Of a stretch of 64,000 nucleotides of DNA, positions 15,918 to 29,806 are shown one piece after another. The notes beneath the pieces were generated by a model that saw only the letters and a list, made by a program, of their open reading frames with translations, was not told the origin of the DNA and did not search any database. Origin of the DNA: the human T2T-CHM13v2.0 reference genome, Homo sapiens. Both the position numbers and the translations under genes were made by a program. Within the stretch, counting starts at the first letter, position 1; each line of letters starts with the position of its first letter. The stretch lies in the NCBI RefSeq assembly GCF_009914755.1, contig NC_060932.1, one strand, 5' to 3'.

Positions 15918-16411
15918 TAAAAATAAAAATCCGAGTCACATATTATTTCAAGTTCATAGTCACCTTAAAATTGCCCAGATTTGTTAAACAAAAAAGGTCT
16001 ATGACCAGTGTCACTTTTCTTTCCATTCTTTTTTCTATCTTCTAAGTATATGACTTCCCAGTTTTAAATATTAATTCCACAAAATAATATCTGCATTATT
16101 TTTAAGCAGCATTTTCTATCCTGGGGTTGGGAGATGTTGTCTAGGTCTCTATGTCCCATTCAGAAAAGTGCAGGGCCTGATTCAAGGCCATTAGCCTAAC
16201 AATGACTCTAAGAGGACTTACTTTGAGTCAGAGGAGATAACTTCATTGTGTTTTGCTTTTTCCAAAGCTTAAAAGTTTCAAGCCAAGTGTTTTTCTGGAG
16301 TTATTCAAATGCTTGTGATAATTCTTATTGTTTTCTTGGGTGACAAAATCTTTCCTGCCCACTACTCTTACACCAAGGTTTTTCTATCTACAATTAAGAA
16401 TATAATTATGA

Positions 16412-16750
16412 GGCCAGGCACAGTGCCTCACACCTATAATCCCAGCATTTTGGGAGGCCAAGGCACAAGGATCACTTGAGCCCAGTCCAAGACCAGCCTG
16501 GGCAACATAGCAAGCCCTATCTCTATAGAGAAAAAAAAAAAAAATTAGTCGGACATAGTGGCGCACACCTGTGGTCCCAGCTACTCAGGAGGCAGAGGTG
16601 AGAGGATCACTTGAGCCCAGGAGTTTGAGGCTGCAGTGAGCTATGATCCGTGCCACTGTACCCCAGCCTGGGCTACAGAGCAAGACCCTGTCTCTAAAAC
16701 AACAATAATAAATAAATACATACATACATACATACACACACACATACATA
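16412..16750 (+). mobile_element. AluJ-like with (TACA)n tail
   Basis: Alu consensus. Confidence 0.9.
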
Positions 16751-17659
16751 TGAAGAATATTACTACTACTACTTCTCCACTGGATTAGGTGAGTGAGACT
16801 GACCAGGTACCTCTCTCTGGTGTCTACTACATACCTATGAATGATTTTTACATTTATGGTCTATTTCTCAAAGTGAGAATGAACCCCTATGCACACTGTG
16901 ATCCAAGAGGGAAGAGAGGGCTCTACCACACTTCTAATAAGATCCTAAAGTAGGAAAGAGAAAAGGTAAGGTTAGGTATAAAGTAAAGAAGATGGAAATA
17001 ATTATAGGACAGGAAAAGTCAACAGGGAGAACAGATGAAGACATTGCAAAGAAAAACAGAAGAGAGAAACAGAAACTTCCAAATTCAAAGTTATGAAGTA
17101 GTCAAGTATTCAAGAAACTGAAGTTACTATTGCTCCGAAAAGCTCCAGGAAATTTTCGTCTCCATAATGTTACTCCAAATAAGTGTTTGAATAAAAGCTT
17201 TCTATTTAGCCAAGGGGGCTGTAAAATTAAGTGTCTCAATTTCTATCCCCCTCCTTAATCTGAGCCTAAAACAGAAATCTACTTCCCAGGAGGGAAAAAA
17301 TATCTCAAGTTGTTAGACGGTAAATGTCTCATGGTCAGATACTACCTCTTCATTTGCATCTCCTTATGATCTGCCAGTAGAAAGTTTGTCTAGGCCCAGA
17401 CCTAGAGACTTCAGAAGGAACATGCCATGAAAAGGTCCAAGGATGCCATCATTTCAAGCAATAAGCTCTCAAAGGTTGGCTGTGCTTCTTCAGCCCTGAT
17501 CAAACTCAGTAACACATTAACAACTTAATTTCCTAACAGTTCTGGAGAAACTGAAGTCTGACACCCCAAAATTGATAGAACAATTGCATCCTCTTCAGGA
17601 CAACTGGCTTAGACTCTAAAAAGTCTAAACAAACAAAACAAACCACGGGAACTGGTCCA

Positions 17660-18050
17660 CCTTAAAAGAGATGAAAGGGAGAGAACAAAATGCAATGAGT
17701 AAACTTGATTAGATCCTCGTTTGAAAAACAAAGCTGTAACAGCCATTTTGGGGACAGCTTGAAAAACTGAAATAGAGCTGATATTAGATGATATTAGTTC
17801 TCTTAGGTTTAATAATGGTACTGTGTGTGTGGTTACCTAAGATAATGCCTTGATTTTAAGACAATGCACTTTATGGATGAAGAATCATATCTGTAATTTA
17901 CTTTGAAATGGTTTATCCAATATACATACTCACAACCACACCGTGGAGAGGGTAGGAGGAGAAATTAAAAACATTTATAGCAAAATTTATACAGGGATTC
18001 ACTGTACTATTTTTCAACCTGTGTGTAGGAAATTTTTCATAAAGAAAGTT
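17660..18050 (+). mobile_element. L1ME/MC-like 3' end
   Basis: AAATGCAATGAGTAAACTTGATTAGATCCT...GATATTAGATGATATTA...TCACTGTACTATTTTTCAAC. Confidence 0.55.
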
Positions 18051-20079
18051 GGGACCAAAGAAATCCTTAGTCCTCCCTAAACCCCAATACTTTTCTAGCA
18101 GGTTTTTTTGTCAGGAACTGAAAACAAGAACACACTGAAATAACAGTATTTAGCCTCTCATTCTACCACATTATTAAAGGATCAGGGGAGCTAGGAGGGC
18201 AACAGGACACTGCACAAAGCGCCGCCCACTTTTCCATCTGAGTCGCACAGTGTTTCTACGATTTAACGTTCATTGGTTGGTGGCAGAAAATGAATAAATG
18301 ACAGACAGATGGATAGCCTTCTGACTTATTCTGCAAATAAAAACATCCCACAAAATAAGAAATTATTATTAAAAGGAGAAATTTGGGAAGAACGTTGAGA
18401 ACATTTTTACAAGTGTTGCCACAAGTATATATTAATGTGTGAACTGGAAGGTCTTTGCTCCTTGGATAGTTGTAGAATTTCATTATTTATCTATTAAGAC
18501 ATCAGCCCTTAAGTGATGCCTTCATTCTCTTTTTTTATCACTTCTTCAATGGAAATAGTTAAGTGCCAACCCTGGTATACTTTCTTTGTATTTGGTTTTG
18601 TTTTATTACCTTTTCAGAACTACTGAATTTCCCCAAGGTTTTCTTTACCTTTTCCTCCTCTATCCACTAAAAACTGATACTATTAATCCCTCTTCTCACT
18701 CCAGTGGCAAAATATTCTGCAGGGGAAAATTTAATAAGTCCAGGTGTGAAAAATGTCCAATTTTACTGAAGTGACAAAGCCAAAAATTTAATTCTTTATT
18801 GTTTCTGATTTGAAGGTTAGAGGACTGCCTTAAAGGAGTAAACATCTATGAAAACCTGTGGTAGTCCCAGAAAATGTGGGATTAAGCTCCCAGGGATACC
18901 TGAACCTCAAAAGGAAATAGGAAGGAGATGGGAAAGGGAAAACTCTCTTTACCCCTCGGTGGGAAGACATTGCCTCCCCTCACTCCTTCCAAGGGCCCTA
19001 GAGGTACACAAGCCCAGTGAAGACAGGGAACTCAGCCTCTGAAAACCACAAGCCCCAGAAAGCCTTCCCTTGCCTTAGGACTACCTACTCTTTATCTGAT
19101 CTTGGGTGCAGATCCAAGATCACTTCTGTCCTAAGAAGGGGAAAACAATCCCCCAAATGCTCAGTCTGGTAACACAGAGGATGAGGGCAGAAGAGCTTTG
19201 GGGCTTAGTGGTGCTTGAAGGGCACAGGCCATCAGCATTGCCATTCTGTTCCACAATTAAGGATTCGGATTAAACGGCTCTCTCTATACATGAGCTCCTG
19301 GTGGGATATCCTGAATTGTACAATTGTAGTGCAAGTGAGCATCTAGGGCCTCCACCTGCTGAGACTTGTCCCATCCTCTATCTACCTACCAAAGGCTCCC
19401 TCTTTTCCTCTCTTCTTCCCTCCCCACCAAAGGTCAGCAGCTGGCCCCCAACATCCTCCACCCCCACCCATACACACAGTGAGAGGAGGCAGGGAACAGC
19501 TGAGGCCTCTCCTAGTGACTCCCAGTTCATGACGCCTGCAAGAGTCTCAGATCACCCTGAAACCCACATGTAGGGCCAGGCCAGGTGTGCCCAGGCCCAG
19601 TTCCTTCCTGCCCAAGCCTTTGCTTCCCTGGAGCCTAAAATCTGGGCTCCCCCTGTCTCCTGGTTCTCTTCTCCGCTAAATGTGTTTTCTTAAAGTGAAA
19701 ATACTTAATACTAGAAATGAGATAATAAACGATCGTGAGAATGCTGCTATTGATTGCATGAGTGTCCTTTAACCAGGAAATAATGCTCCAGTTTTGTTTT
19801 CCAATGCCCTTCAACGTCCAGGCATTTTGTTGACTTCTATTGTTGTTGTTCACTGTCAGTAAGTTCAGTCAGCGAATATGTCATTTTTTGGTATTACATG
19901 TAATAGCTTAGAATATTCCATTCTATTAGGATCGTTAATTGATTGTACAACCCTTTGCTTAAAATAAAAAGTAGCACAGTATAAGGAAAAGATAGTCATG
20001 TGGTTTCCCATTTCCTTCACTAGGTTTCATGACGTACTGCCTATTTAGAAAAGAGTACAGTGGTGCTCAAATATAATAA

Positions 20080-20412
<333 letters not shown>

Positions 20413-23103
20413 TTACATCACACTTGTATGAAAAAGCTTTAAGGAATCAAAACATTAATATTACTTAAAACAGTAACAAGAACACCACACAAAATAAGTC
20501 TCAAAATAGAATTACGGAAGTTGAAAATATATTGAGAAACTCCAAAGAGGCAGGCATTCTTCAAGTTTTAGCAATTTGACTACAGTTTTCACCAATCTTA
20601 AATTGTCTTAATATTTTCAGCTAACACCATTTTGATGGCTTTAATCACCATTTTCATGACATCTAACACTGTAGGGTTTATAACAATATCCTTAAACAGG
20701 GAAAAAATAAAATACAGATATAAAAGCTAAGGAATGTAATACTCGATCCTACTACAATAGAAGCTCAGCCCCAGTCTTCTGAACCACAATGTTGTCCAGC
20801 AACTAACTCCAACAACAAATCAGCCAATACCTCACCACTCTTGGGTTAAGCGATCTTAACACAGGCACAACATAACTGCTTTCTTAACAAACAGCTGACT
20901 TCTTCACTAAGTGTTTTTGGCAGAGTAAATCTGTTTGGTAAAGGGGAAACTGTAGATCATGATCAGACATGATCTACATACATGAAATCCTTAATGATAG
21001 TAACAGACTTCCCCCGTAATCTTGATTGTATTCTTTTCACTACCACTTATATTTAATCTTCAACTTGAAGAAAAAATTAAAGTCAGGGAAGAAGAAAGAT
21101 AAAAGGAGGTAGAGGAGAAAGATGTGCAAAGGTTCATACCCAAAGTGAAGTGGTCAGAAGTTTGAATCATTATTTATCATTCCACCCTGATGTCAAAGCA
21201 CTGCGTAGTAAGTGGTCAGCTACTGGAGTCTGGTCTTAATGCCAGGCACACCCTATGCTACATCCAGAACAGGCTGCTGGCACAAGATGGCAGATGCAGG
21301 ACAGCAGAACCGCCTCAAGCACCGGCAAGCCCCCAATGCCTGTCTCCATAACTACAACCTGCTTCTGTAATTTCCAGAAATGCTGTAATATTAGGTTAAA
21401 TTTGTAGAAATTCATATACTCCCGACATTCAATTCTACTACGGAATTTCCGTATTCCTTATTTAGGAATCTAAAAACATTTCGACAATAACTGAAAGCTT
21501 TTCCTTTTTAAGCATATTAACAGTACAATTAGAAATTTTAAGATAAGTTAATATTAAATATTCTGACAAATGCTACTACAATACCAAAGACAAGGGAAAT
21601 TGTTTCATATTTAAATCATGTACTGATTTTATAAGCAGGAATGATCTGCTAGTAAAGACAATCCTCATTTAGACGGGGACTTCAATGGGCAGAGATCAGT
21701 CAGCACCAACAGGAACTACCAGAACTAACACTCTCCAAGTTAAGCCTTGAAAGGTTTTGGGTCATATTTCATATGGACACACTAAATGAATAATAGAAAA
21801 TACCGTGCATTATATTCTCGTCGATGACAACAGGTCTTCAGTCTCAGCAGCTGGAACACTGTAAGCAATGCATGCTGATCCTATATGTGCAGGTGAAAGA
21901 GTTCCCTGAAAGCTCTCCGCGCTCCGTGCAAACAATTGAGCAGACAGAAGAATTCCACAAATAGCAGAGCAGAAGTCAGATGACTGAATATATTATCAGC
22001 CTTCTTTTTGGGACTACAATACCTCAACACCTAGTCATCCATGCTACATGATTACAAAACATCTGCAAAACATGCATCACACAATCTGCGCACAACAGTT
22101 AAACAATACTAGAATTAAATGTTTTAAGGGCATAAGAAGCCAAATACCTGTATCAGCATTCTATCCTTTCTAAGCCTATATCCTCTATAGTGCTCTGTCA
22201 ATCTATGTTCTACCTATCCCCCACAATCAAGTTTTCTTGAGCTTTATTTTCTGAGCTTTTTATTGTGAGAACAACAGGCAACCTGAATATGCTCTTGCAA
22301 AATACACTCCCTACTCTTTTCCTTTTCACTAGCAGAGAATTACTGATCTATGTTACTTCAATAAAGCACTGGGTAAGAGAGCTAACAAGAACAGGGTTCT
22401 ACCTCTCAATGCTACAGTAAGAAACATACAAGAGTACTGTACGGTCATCTTTGCCCTGCACTTGGTTTTCAGTAAGCACTCAATAAATGTTAACTATTTT
22501 ACTTCACCCATATAATTCTTATTTCCTGAAAATTAAAAGAAAAAATCTATAATTTCAAGAATAGTTAAAAACTGAGCTGATGACTAAAAAAGCTAGAGAC
22601 TATTCATGGGTCTTAAAATAAATAACCTCTGTGCAGGTATAAGCCCTCCTTAAGGCAACAGTCTGGAAGATGCCTCCTGATACAATTTGCAGGACTGGAA
22701 CTATTCAAATCTATTCATCCTTCTTACGGACTTAACAAGTAGACTGAGCCTTATAATGTCCCACAAACATTTGCTTTATCAGATTCCTAAAAGAAAGACT
22801 TTTTCAGATTCAACCATTCCCTCTGATGTTTATTATTTATTTCCCCCACTTAGTGGCAAAGTTAATTTTTCCTCGCCAAAGTTTTGCTCACAGGCACAGG
22901 ACTTAAACTCACTTTAAGCTTCAGCCTCCTTCTGGAAAATGGAGGTAACCTCTATTTTATAGGGTTGTGGCAAGAATTAAAGAATGAAGCACACATCAAA
23001 AAAGCCTGTATCAGGTTCCTGGCACTCAATGATAGCTGCTATTATCATTTATGTTATCATTGTTACTCTTCTAATACAGACCTTTTAGTCAAGAGCAAGA
23101 ATG

Positions 23104-23504
<401 letters not shown>

Positions 23505-24102
23505 TTAAGGCCCAAAATGAGTAGTCCTAAAGCAGCAACAATACACAGGCAACGCCTATCACCTTCGCCCAACTAAAGAGTGCCATCCTTACCATACACC
23601 ACACAGGACTCAAGGACAGAGAGCACAAAACATGATTCCAGAGGAAATAAAACAAAAAGAATTATAAATATTCATACCTTCATTACATGAAATCTATTCG
23701 GTTGTAAGCTAATCAGTTAAGGGGACATTTTACAATATTTTTTATTATAAACATTTCAACCCCATTTTCAGGGAAAAGACAACCCAAACCCAAATCAAAG
23801 CACAATGTGCTGACATTATATAATTAAAATTACATACACACAAAAAGAACAGATCTTTAGTACTAAAGCAAATTGAAATTAAGGCATATATGTCCCCTCC
23901 CACCTCCCCAACCAAAAAAAGTGATCACCCACTCTATGTTCCCCCTTTAATTACTGGCTCTGTAATGGATGGTTTATACTATCAAAGTACACTGAAAAGG
24001 CCAGGACACAGTACTCATCAAACGACTAAACGATAAAATGAATGAAGCAATAGTAAAGTCAGACAAGAAGGCAAACACAAGGTCCAAAAAGCCCAAAATG
24101 AT

Positions 24103-24415
24103 GGCCAGGTACGGTGGCTAATGCTTTTAATCCCAGCACTTTGGGAAGCCAAGGGGAGAGGATCGCCTGAGCCCAGGAGTTTAAGTCCAGCCTGGGGCAA
24201 CATCGCAAGCCTCATCTCTACAAAAAATATCAAAAATTAGCTAGGCGTGGAGACACACACCTGTAGTCCCAACTACTTGGGAGGCTGGGTCAGGAGGATC
24301 ACTTGAGCCTAGGAGGTCAAGGCTATACAGTGAGCTGTGATCATGTCACTGCACTCCAGCCTGGATGACAGAGCGAGACCATATCTCAAAATAATAATAA
24401 TAATAACAACAACAG
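24103..24415 (+). mobile_element. AluJ-like
   Basis: Alu consensus. Confidence 0.9.
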
Positions 24416-27015
24416 CAAGACCAAAGTAAGATTTAAGTTGGCCAGGGGAACTCAAACAATTCGGAACTGGCTGCCTACAAAGCATAAATTCTGCCAGAAT
24501 TAACAGGCTAATTTCAATTCTCCACGTTATCTGTCAGCTGACGCCTAGTCAAAGTAAAGATGTTTTCTTTTTCCTTTAGAACATTTAACCAGTTGCGAGT
24601 AACTTCTACCTATATGATTCTGTGTCCAAAGCCTCAAAAACAGCTATGTAAAACACCACCATAGGTTCCCTTGTCAATTAATTCTTCTCTAGAAATTTCC
24701 AACCAGAGAACCAACTGAAAATTATCCTGGAATCAACATTTCCACAATTGCATTATGTCATCACAGCCATGGGGACCCAGAAATGTGGTCATTGATCAAC
24801 ATTTCATAGAGTAAACACATAAAATCTTTGCCCTAAAAGCTAACAGTATTAGGATCTACCTACAGACCACCTAGTCTTTTAATTTCAGTTGCCTTCATAG
24901 TTTATCCTTAAGATTTCCACTCCTTTTCATAATGTTTTACCACAGCTAAGAGAACTACACCAGCTTCTAAAATACCCACAAAAGTCACATTCGTGATCAC
25001 CTCTATCTAGAAATTAGCATCTAGAATCCATAAAGATGTGTTTTCTTTATGATGTCTGAATTGAAGGTCTGCAACATTAAAATTGTATTTCATAGCTTTT
25101 CCAGCCATTACTTGTAATAGACTTTAGAGAGTAATATGACATATTCTTTTTACAGCTTGCAATTCATAAAGCCCTACTAGAAGCCTTTAAAAACAAAAAA
25201 GGAAAAACACAAACACCTAGAACACAAACACTTAGAACCTTTTTTGTTTGTTTAGAAAAGTAAGGCATAGAGAGGTAAAATTAGCCTTAAATATGAAAGG
25301 GTACAAAAAAACTGAAGGTTTTGTTCCATTTTCCCTTAAATGGCTTTCATTTTTGGTATGAACTATAGTCTTATTCTTATACTATGGAAAAAGATCCTGA
25401 TTTGTTGCTGATTTTATGATTTGCTGCAATAAAAGACCAATACCTTAAAGCAGTGACTTATTTTCTCCCTCCTATTCTCTTAATCTAAAATCAATAAAGC
25501 ATGTAATAACATACATTACTAAACAAAACTACATACGCAAAATACTAAAGTTAGTAATTTCTTAAATAGCAGTTTTTTCATAACAATAAATAAGCATTAA
25601 CTTGGCTTTTAAATATAACTTCGATCATGACACAATAATGGCCAAAATATCAAATGAGGGCACATGCTGTGCATTTCAGAAAAATTGTTTAAAGAGACCA
25701 TCCCCTTTTGTATTTTCCTTTACTATCCAATATCCTAAAGAGTGCTTAAAGAATTGCTTTTCAACTCAATACAACACAAACAATTTTTCCTAAGAAATCC
25801 AAGCTGTCAACTTATGGGTCACATTTCAACCTTATGTAATTTGAAACAGCTACGGTACTGAATCCTTAAATACAGGGCATATAATGGAAGGACTGCTCAC
25901 AGATCCTTGATGTTACTGAAGCTTGGAAAGCTTTAATAAGATACAACTATAAATAAAGACAACTAAGGAGCATTACCCCTTTATCCACAGCCCAAATCCC
26001 CCTCCAAGCCTTACATTTTATATTTCCAATAAAATGCTCTTCTAACACTAAGCCACTCATCTAAATTATATTTAACCAATGAAGGGTTAAAATCCAAAAC
26101 ATATTAACTACTCAAAACATAATAAATCCGTAATTGGTGAGCTCCTTTTCTACCCTCCTGCTTCAGTATACTGACATCTAAAAGTCAAAGAACTCCTCTG
26201 TTTAAGACTGAAATTCCCAGGAGGAAGGAAGCTCAGATCCAGTCTGAGAGCACACAATGGAATCACAGCTGACGATGCACATCTTTTTCTAGATGTCTCC
26301 ATATGCTTGAGAGGTTTTTTTCCCCCCAAGCCAGCCATTAGGAGACTTGGTTCTCTCTGCCACCAAGAATCTTACCACATTTTCAAGGATTGTTGCAAAG
26401 AATTAAGTAAAATAATGTGTTGCTCTTCAGCATACAAAAGAGAGAAGGGCATATGTCAGAGTGCCCATAAGTAACTAAATTAACAAATGGTGGGGGGTTT
26501 TGAATGTTGTCAAATTTTGAATGTTGTTTTTAATACTCCTTACCTCTCTGTCAGTCTAAGTGTTTGGTTTACCTTCTCTGTTTTTACTATTTTATTACAA
26601 AAAACATCTCAAGAGCCACAGCAAAATGCAATTAATTCTTGTCTACATGCACCCAAAATGATCCTGAATTGGGAATTCTCATGGTAAATTTGAAAACACT
26701 ATATTACAACAGAACACATTTGTAAGATTTGGCAAATACTGTTCCCTAGAACTGCAGTCCCCTTCGATTCTTTCTTAGCAACCCAAGATTAATAAAAGCT
26801 TGACTTATAGAAAAGATACACATTTTCCACATAAGATACCTAAAAGAAAACACTCCCAAAATTAAATTCATGGGATACTTATGACAAAAATCAATGAATT
26901 CATTCTTAATCTAACACTTTTCATTCTTTGAGCTCCCAAAGATTCTACAAATTCCAGGTGAGAAAGGGAGCATTACTTCTGTCAGTGTGCCTAACCTCAC
27001 CAACAAAGAACAGGA

Positions 27016-27056
27016 ACACACACACACATACACACACACACACGCGCACACACACA
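27016..27056. repeat. (CA)n microsatellite, imperfect
   Basis: Directly visible. Confidence 0.9.
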
Positions 27057-28004
27057 TGCTTTGTAGCAGCTGCTTTCTTTTTAAAAGACTGCTATTCCTG
27101 CAGAGCAACCTGTGATCTTTACAGAGAATCAAAGACCTCTGTTCCTAAAAGTCAAGAGTTGAGAAAGTCACTTGACTGAACGCGCAATAAACAGTTAAAA
27201 CCAAAGATGTCTCCAAACCTTGTATAAACCAGAAAAGTACCCACACACTGTACAATTCAGCAGTGTTTAAGAAAATTAAAATTATTTTTAAGAATCTTTT
27301 GTGTGGGAGTAATCTGGCAAACTACATTTTACTCAGACTTTTTCCTGTAGACAAATATTCTTTGATTAGCTTTGCTCCTTAAATACCCACACTTAATGTT
27401 TCAATCAGTGATGCTTTAGTTCCCAACTTCATTTTGTTTGCAAAAAGAAAAAAAAATGCATACCATAAACCACAACTTTTTTTTTTAATGACATCCCCAA
27501 TGCCGAAGTTTCAAGTACACTTTGGGAACTGGAGCTCTAATTAAACAAGAAACCAGTGAAGCCATTATGAACAATGATGCTTTCTACTACCAATAATCAG
27601 TTGACGTGATACTGCTCCCATGCCTTCATTCTCAGGGTTCCCTTTCAAATTTCATTGTCCCCATTCTGGCATAGCTGAGTGAAACCGAGATAAGAGGTAA
27701 ACGGGTAACTTCTGTCTTCTGTGACCCTTAGCATGTAAACCGGACGCTGAGGTCCAGGACATGATCACTACAGCATATGCCATTTTAGAAACCGGCCTCG
27801 GTGAGTTACTGCCACATCCTAAAGTGGCTTTAGACTTCGTCGTGTCTAAGACAACGTCTATTTCGGTACGAAAGACATACAGGACCTCGAGTGCCTCGGC
27901 AGCCTCTGCGGGTCGGAGCCCCTATAAGTGACACAACCCCAGAAATCAAGGAGCGGGTGACTCGGGGATGGACAAGAGTAGCTGGCTCTCAGCGTCTCCA
28001 TGAC

Positions 28005-28130
28005 TCCCCCGCCCCGCATGCAACTCTGCTCTAACTGGTCAGGAGAAACCCCGCCCCCTTCCTTCCTCCGGTCCGCACGATTGGCTCACCGACACCCGGC
28101 AGGTCAGCTCCCTGCCTTCGATTGGCTCAC
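28005..28130. promoter_or_regulatory. Twin CCAAT (NF-Y) boxes plus GC boxes; probable internal promoter
   Basis: CGATTGGCTCAC at 28078 and 28119; CCCCGCCCC at ~28006 and ~28048. Confidence 0.6.
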
Positions 28131-29639
28131 TGCCCCATCAGTCAGACGCACCGAGATTCGGGTCGGTGGGAGGGGAAGGCGTCGGAGGAGGTGGAGAGGG
28201 AGTGGGATTAGAGGACGAGGTGGCGGAGGAAGGTGTTCAGGCTCGGTCTCTGGTTTGGGAAAGTTTCCCCTACCAGTGACGGACCCAGAACGCGGGAGGC
28301 CCAGTCCAGCTCCGGGCCAGCGGAAGGGGGCTCCAGTCCCCGATTCCCGCCCCTCGGTCCCGCAGGCCCCGGAAACCACTAGAGGGAGGGGAAGAGGGAG
28401 GGGCCATCTAACCAGGGACCGACCCACCCCCGGTCTCGGAAGAGGCGCCTCTGGGACTCCCCCGAGGGGAGGAGGCGGGGAGCGCAGCCGGCAGCGACGA
28501 CCCCGGCCCCCTCCCCCAGCACCCCCCAGGGGCCCGAGAGGGCCGGGTCCCCGTGCCCGGGGCGTGACCGTCGCGAGGCGGCCACAGGGCCCCTCCCGCT
28601 TCCCGCCTGGGGCCCCGAGGGCCTGTCCCTTCAGGGGCGGAGAGAAGGGGGCGAGAAAAGGGGGCGCTGGCGAGCCAACCCGGAACCTCCCGGTCCGCCT
28701 CCCGCCCCCGGCCCCGGCCCCAGCGCGCCTCCTGCATACACGCCCGCACCCAGAAAGTTCAGTCAGGGGCGAGCCCGGCTCGGCGCCGCCGGGGCCCGGC
28801 CCCCGGCTCCCCGCCCCCACCACGGCCCGGCCTGCTCGGCCCCAGCGCGCCGCCCGCCCCGCCCGCCGCAGCTCCTTCCCGTCCGCCCGCGGTGCTCGGC
28901 GCCCCTCGCCCCCCACCCCCGGGGCTGACACGGGCCCGGGCCACCCGCCGGGCCGCGGCTCCCCTTCCCCGCCCCGCGCTGCAGCTCGCCGGCCGCCCCG
29001 ACACCCCGCTTCACCTTCACACACCCCCAGCACTTCCCGAGTCCTGCCTCCCCTCGCCCGGCTCCCACTCTCCGCTGCAGCCGCTCCGCGCTTCCATTAA
29101 AGAATGCACCTTCCCAGGATTCACCTTCTCGGCTCTGCCGCGCTGCCCCCGAGGGGTTAGAGCCTCGGTCTCCGCCGACCCCGCACCGGGCTGGGCAATG
29201 GGCACTCGCTCCTCGGGGCGGGGGCCGCGCCCGCACCCCCGGCCGCGCCTCGGCGCTCACCTCTCGCCCGCGCCGCGGGCTGCAGCCTCCGCCCGCCTCG
29301 CGCTCCGGGACTCGTCTCCTGAGCTCTCGCAAGGCGCTGGAGCGCCTCCTTTCTCTCCCGGGGACTCCGCGTCTCCCCGTCGCTTCCCGCCCTCCCCACC
29401 CCCAAGCCCCAACTCCCCAGCGTCGCTGCGCCTCCGGGATGCAACTCCCGTTTTCCGCGCACTCCGGCGGCGGTCCCCGCACACAAAAACAGCCTCTCGG
29501 AGGCGCACGGCTCTGTCGGAGCTCGGCGCAGGAAGGGCAGTCGCGGCCGGGGGTGGGGACGCGGCGCCCCCCGCCTGCCGCCCGCCCCCCGCCCGCCCTC
29601 GCGGCCCCGGGGGAAGGCGCGGTTACCGGCTCGGGTCGG

Positions 29640-29714
29640 TCACGCCGTCAGGTGCCGGCTGCCGTCGGCGCTGACCTTCGCCGCCGAAGCTGTAGCCGAG
29701 GCTGCGGCCGCCAT
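29640..29714 (-). CDS. Upstream ORF, 24 aa MAAAASATASAAKVSADGSRHLTA (translation unproven)
   Basis: GGGAACATGG strong Kozak context (A at -3, G at +4); in-frame TGA ends 13 nt before the donor. Confidence 0.6.
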   Translation of the reverse strand: MAAAASATASAAKVSADGSRHLTA

Positions 29715-29717
29715 GTT
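29705..29717. promoter_or_regulatory. YY1 motif
   Basis: CGGCCGCCATGTT matches the consensus CCGCCATNTT, located downstream of the inferred TSS as is typical for YY1. Confidence 0.7.
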
Positions 29718-29774
29718 CCCGTGTTAATAACTGCTGCCTGGTTGTTTATTTCAATGGAGATCCTCCCCCAACTC

Positions 29775-29806
29775 CCTCCTCCTCCTCCTCCTCCTCCTCC
29801 TCCTCC
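29775..29806. repeat. (CCT)10 / (AGG)10 trinucleotide repeat in or near the 5'UTR
   Basis: Directly visible. Confidence 0.95.
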
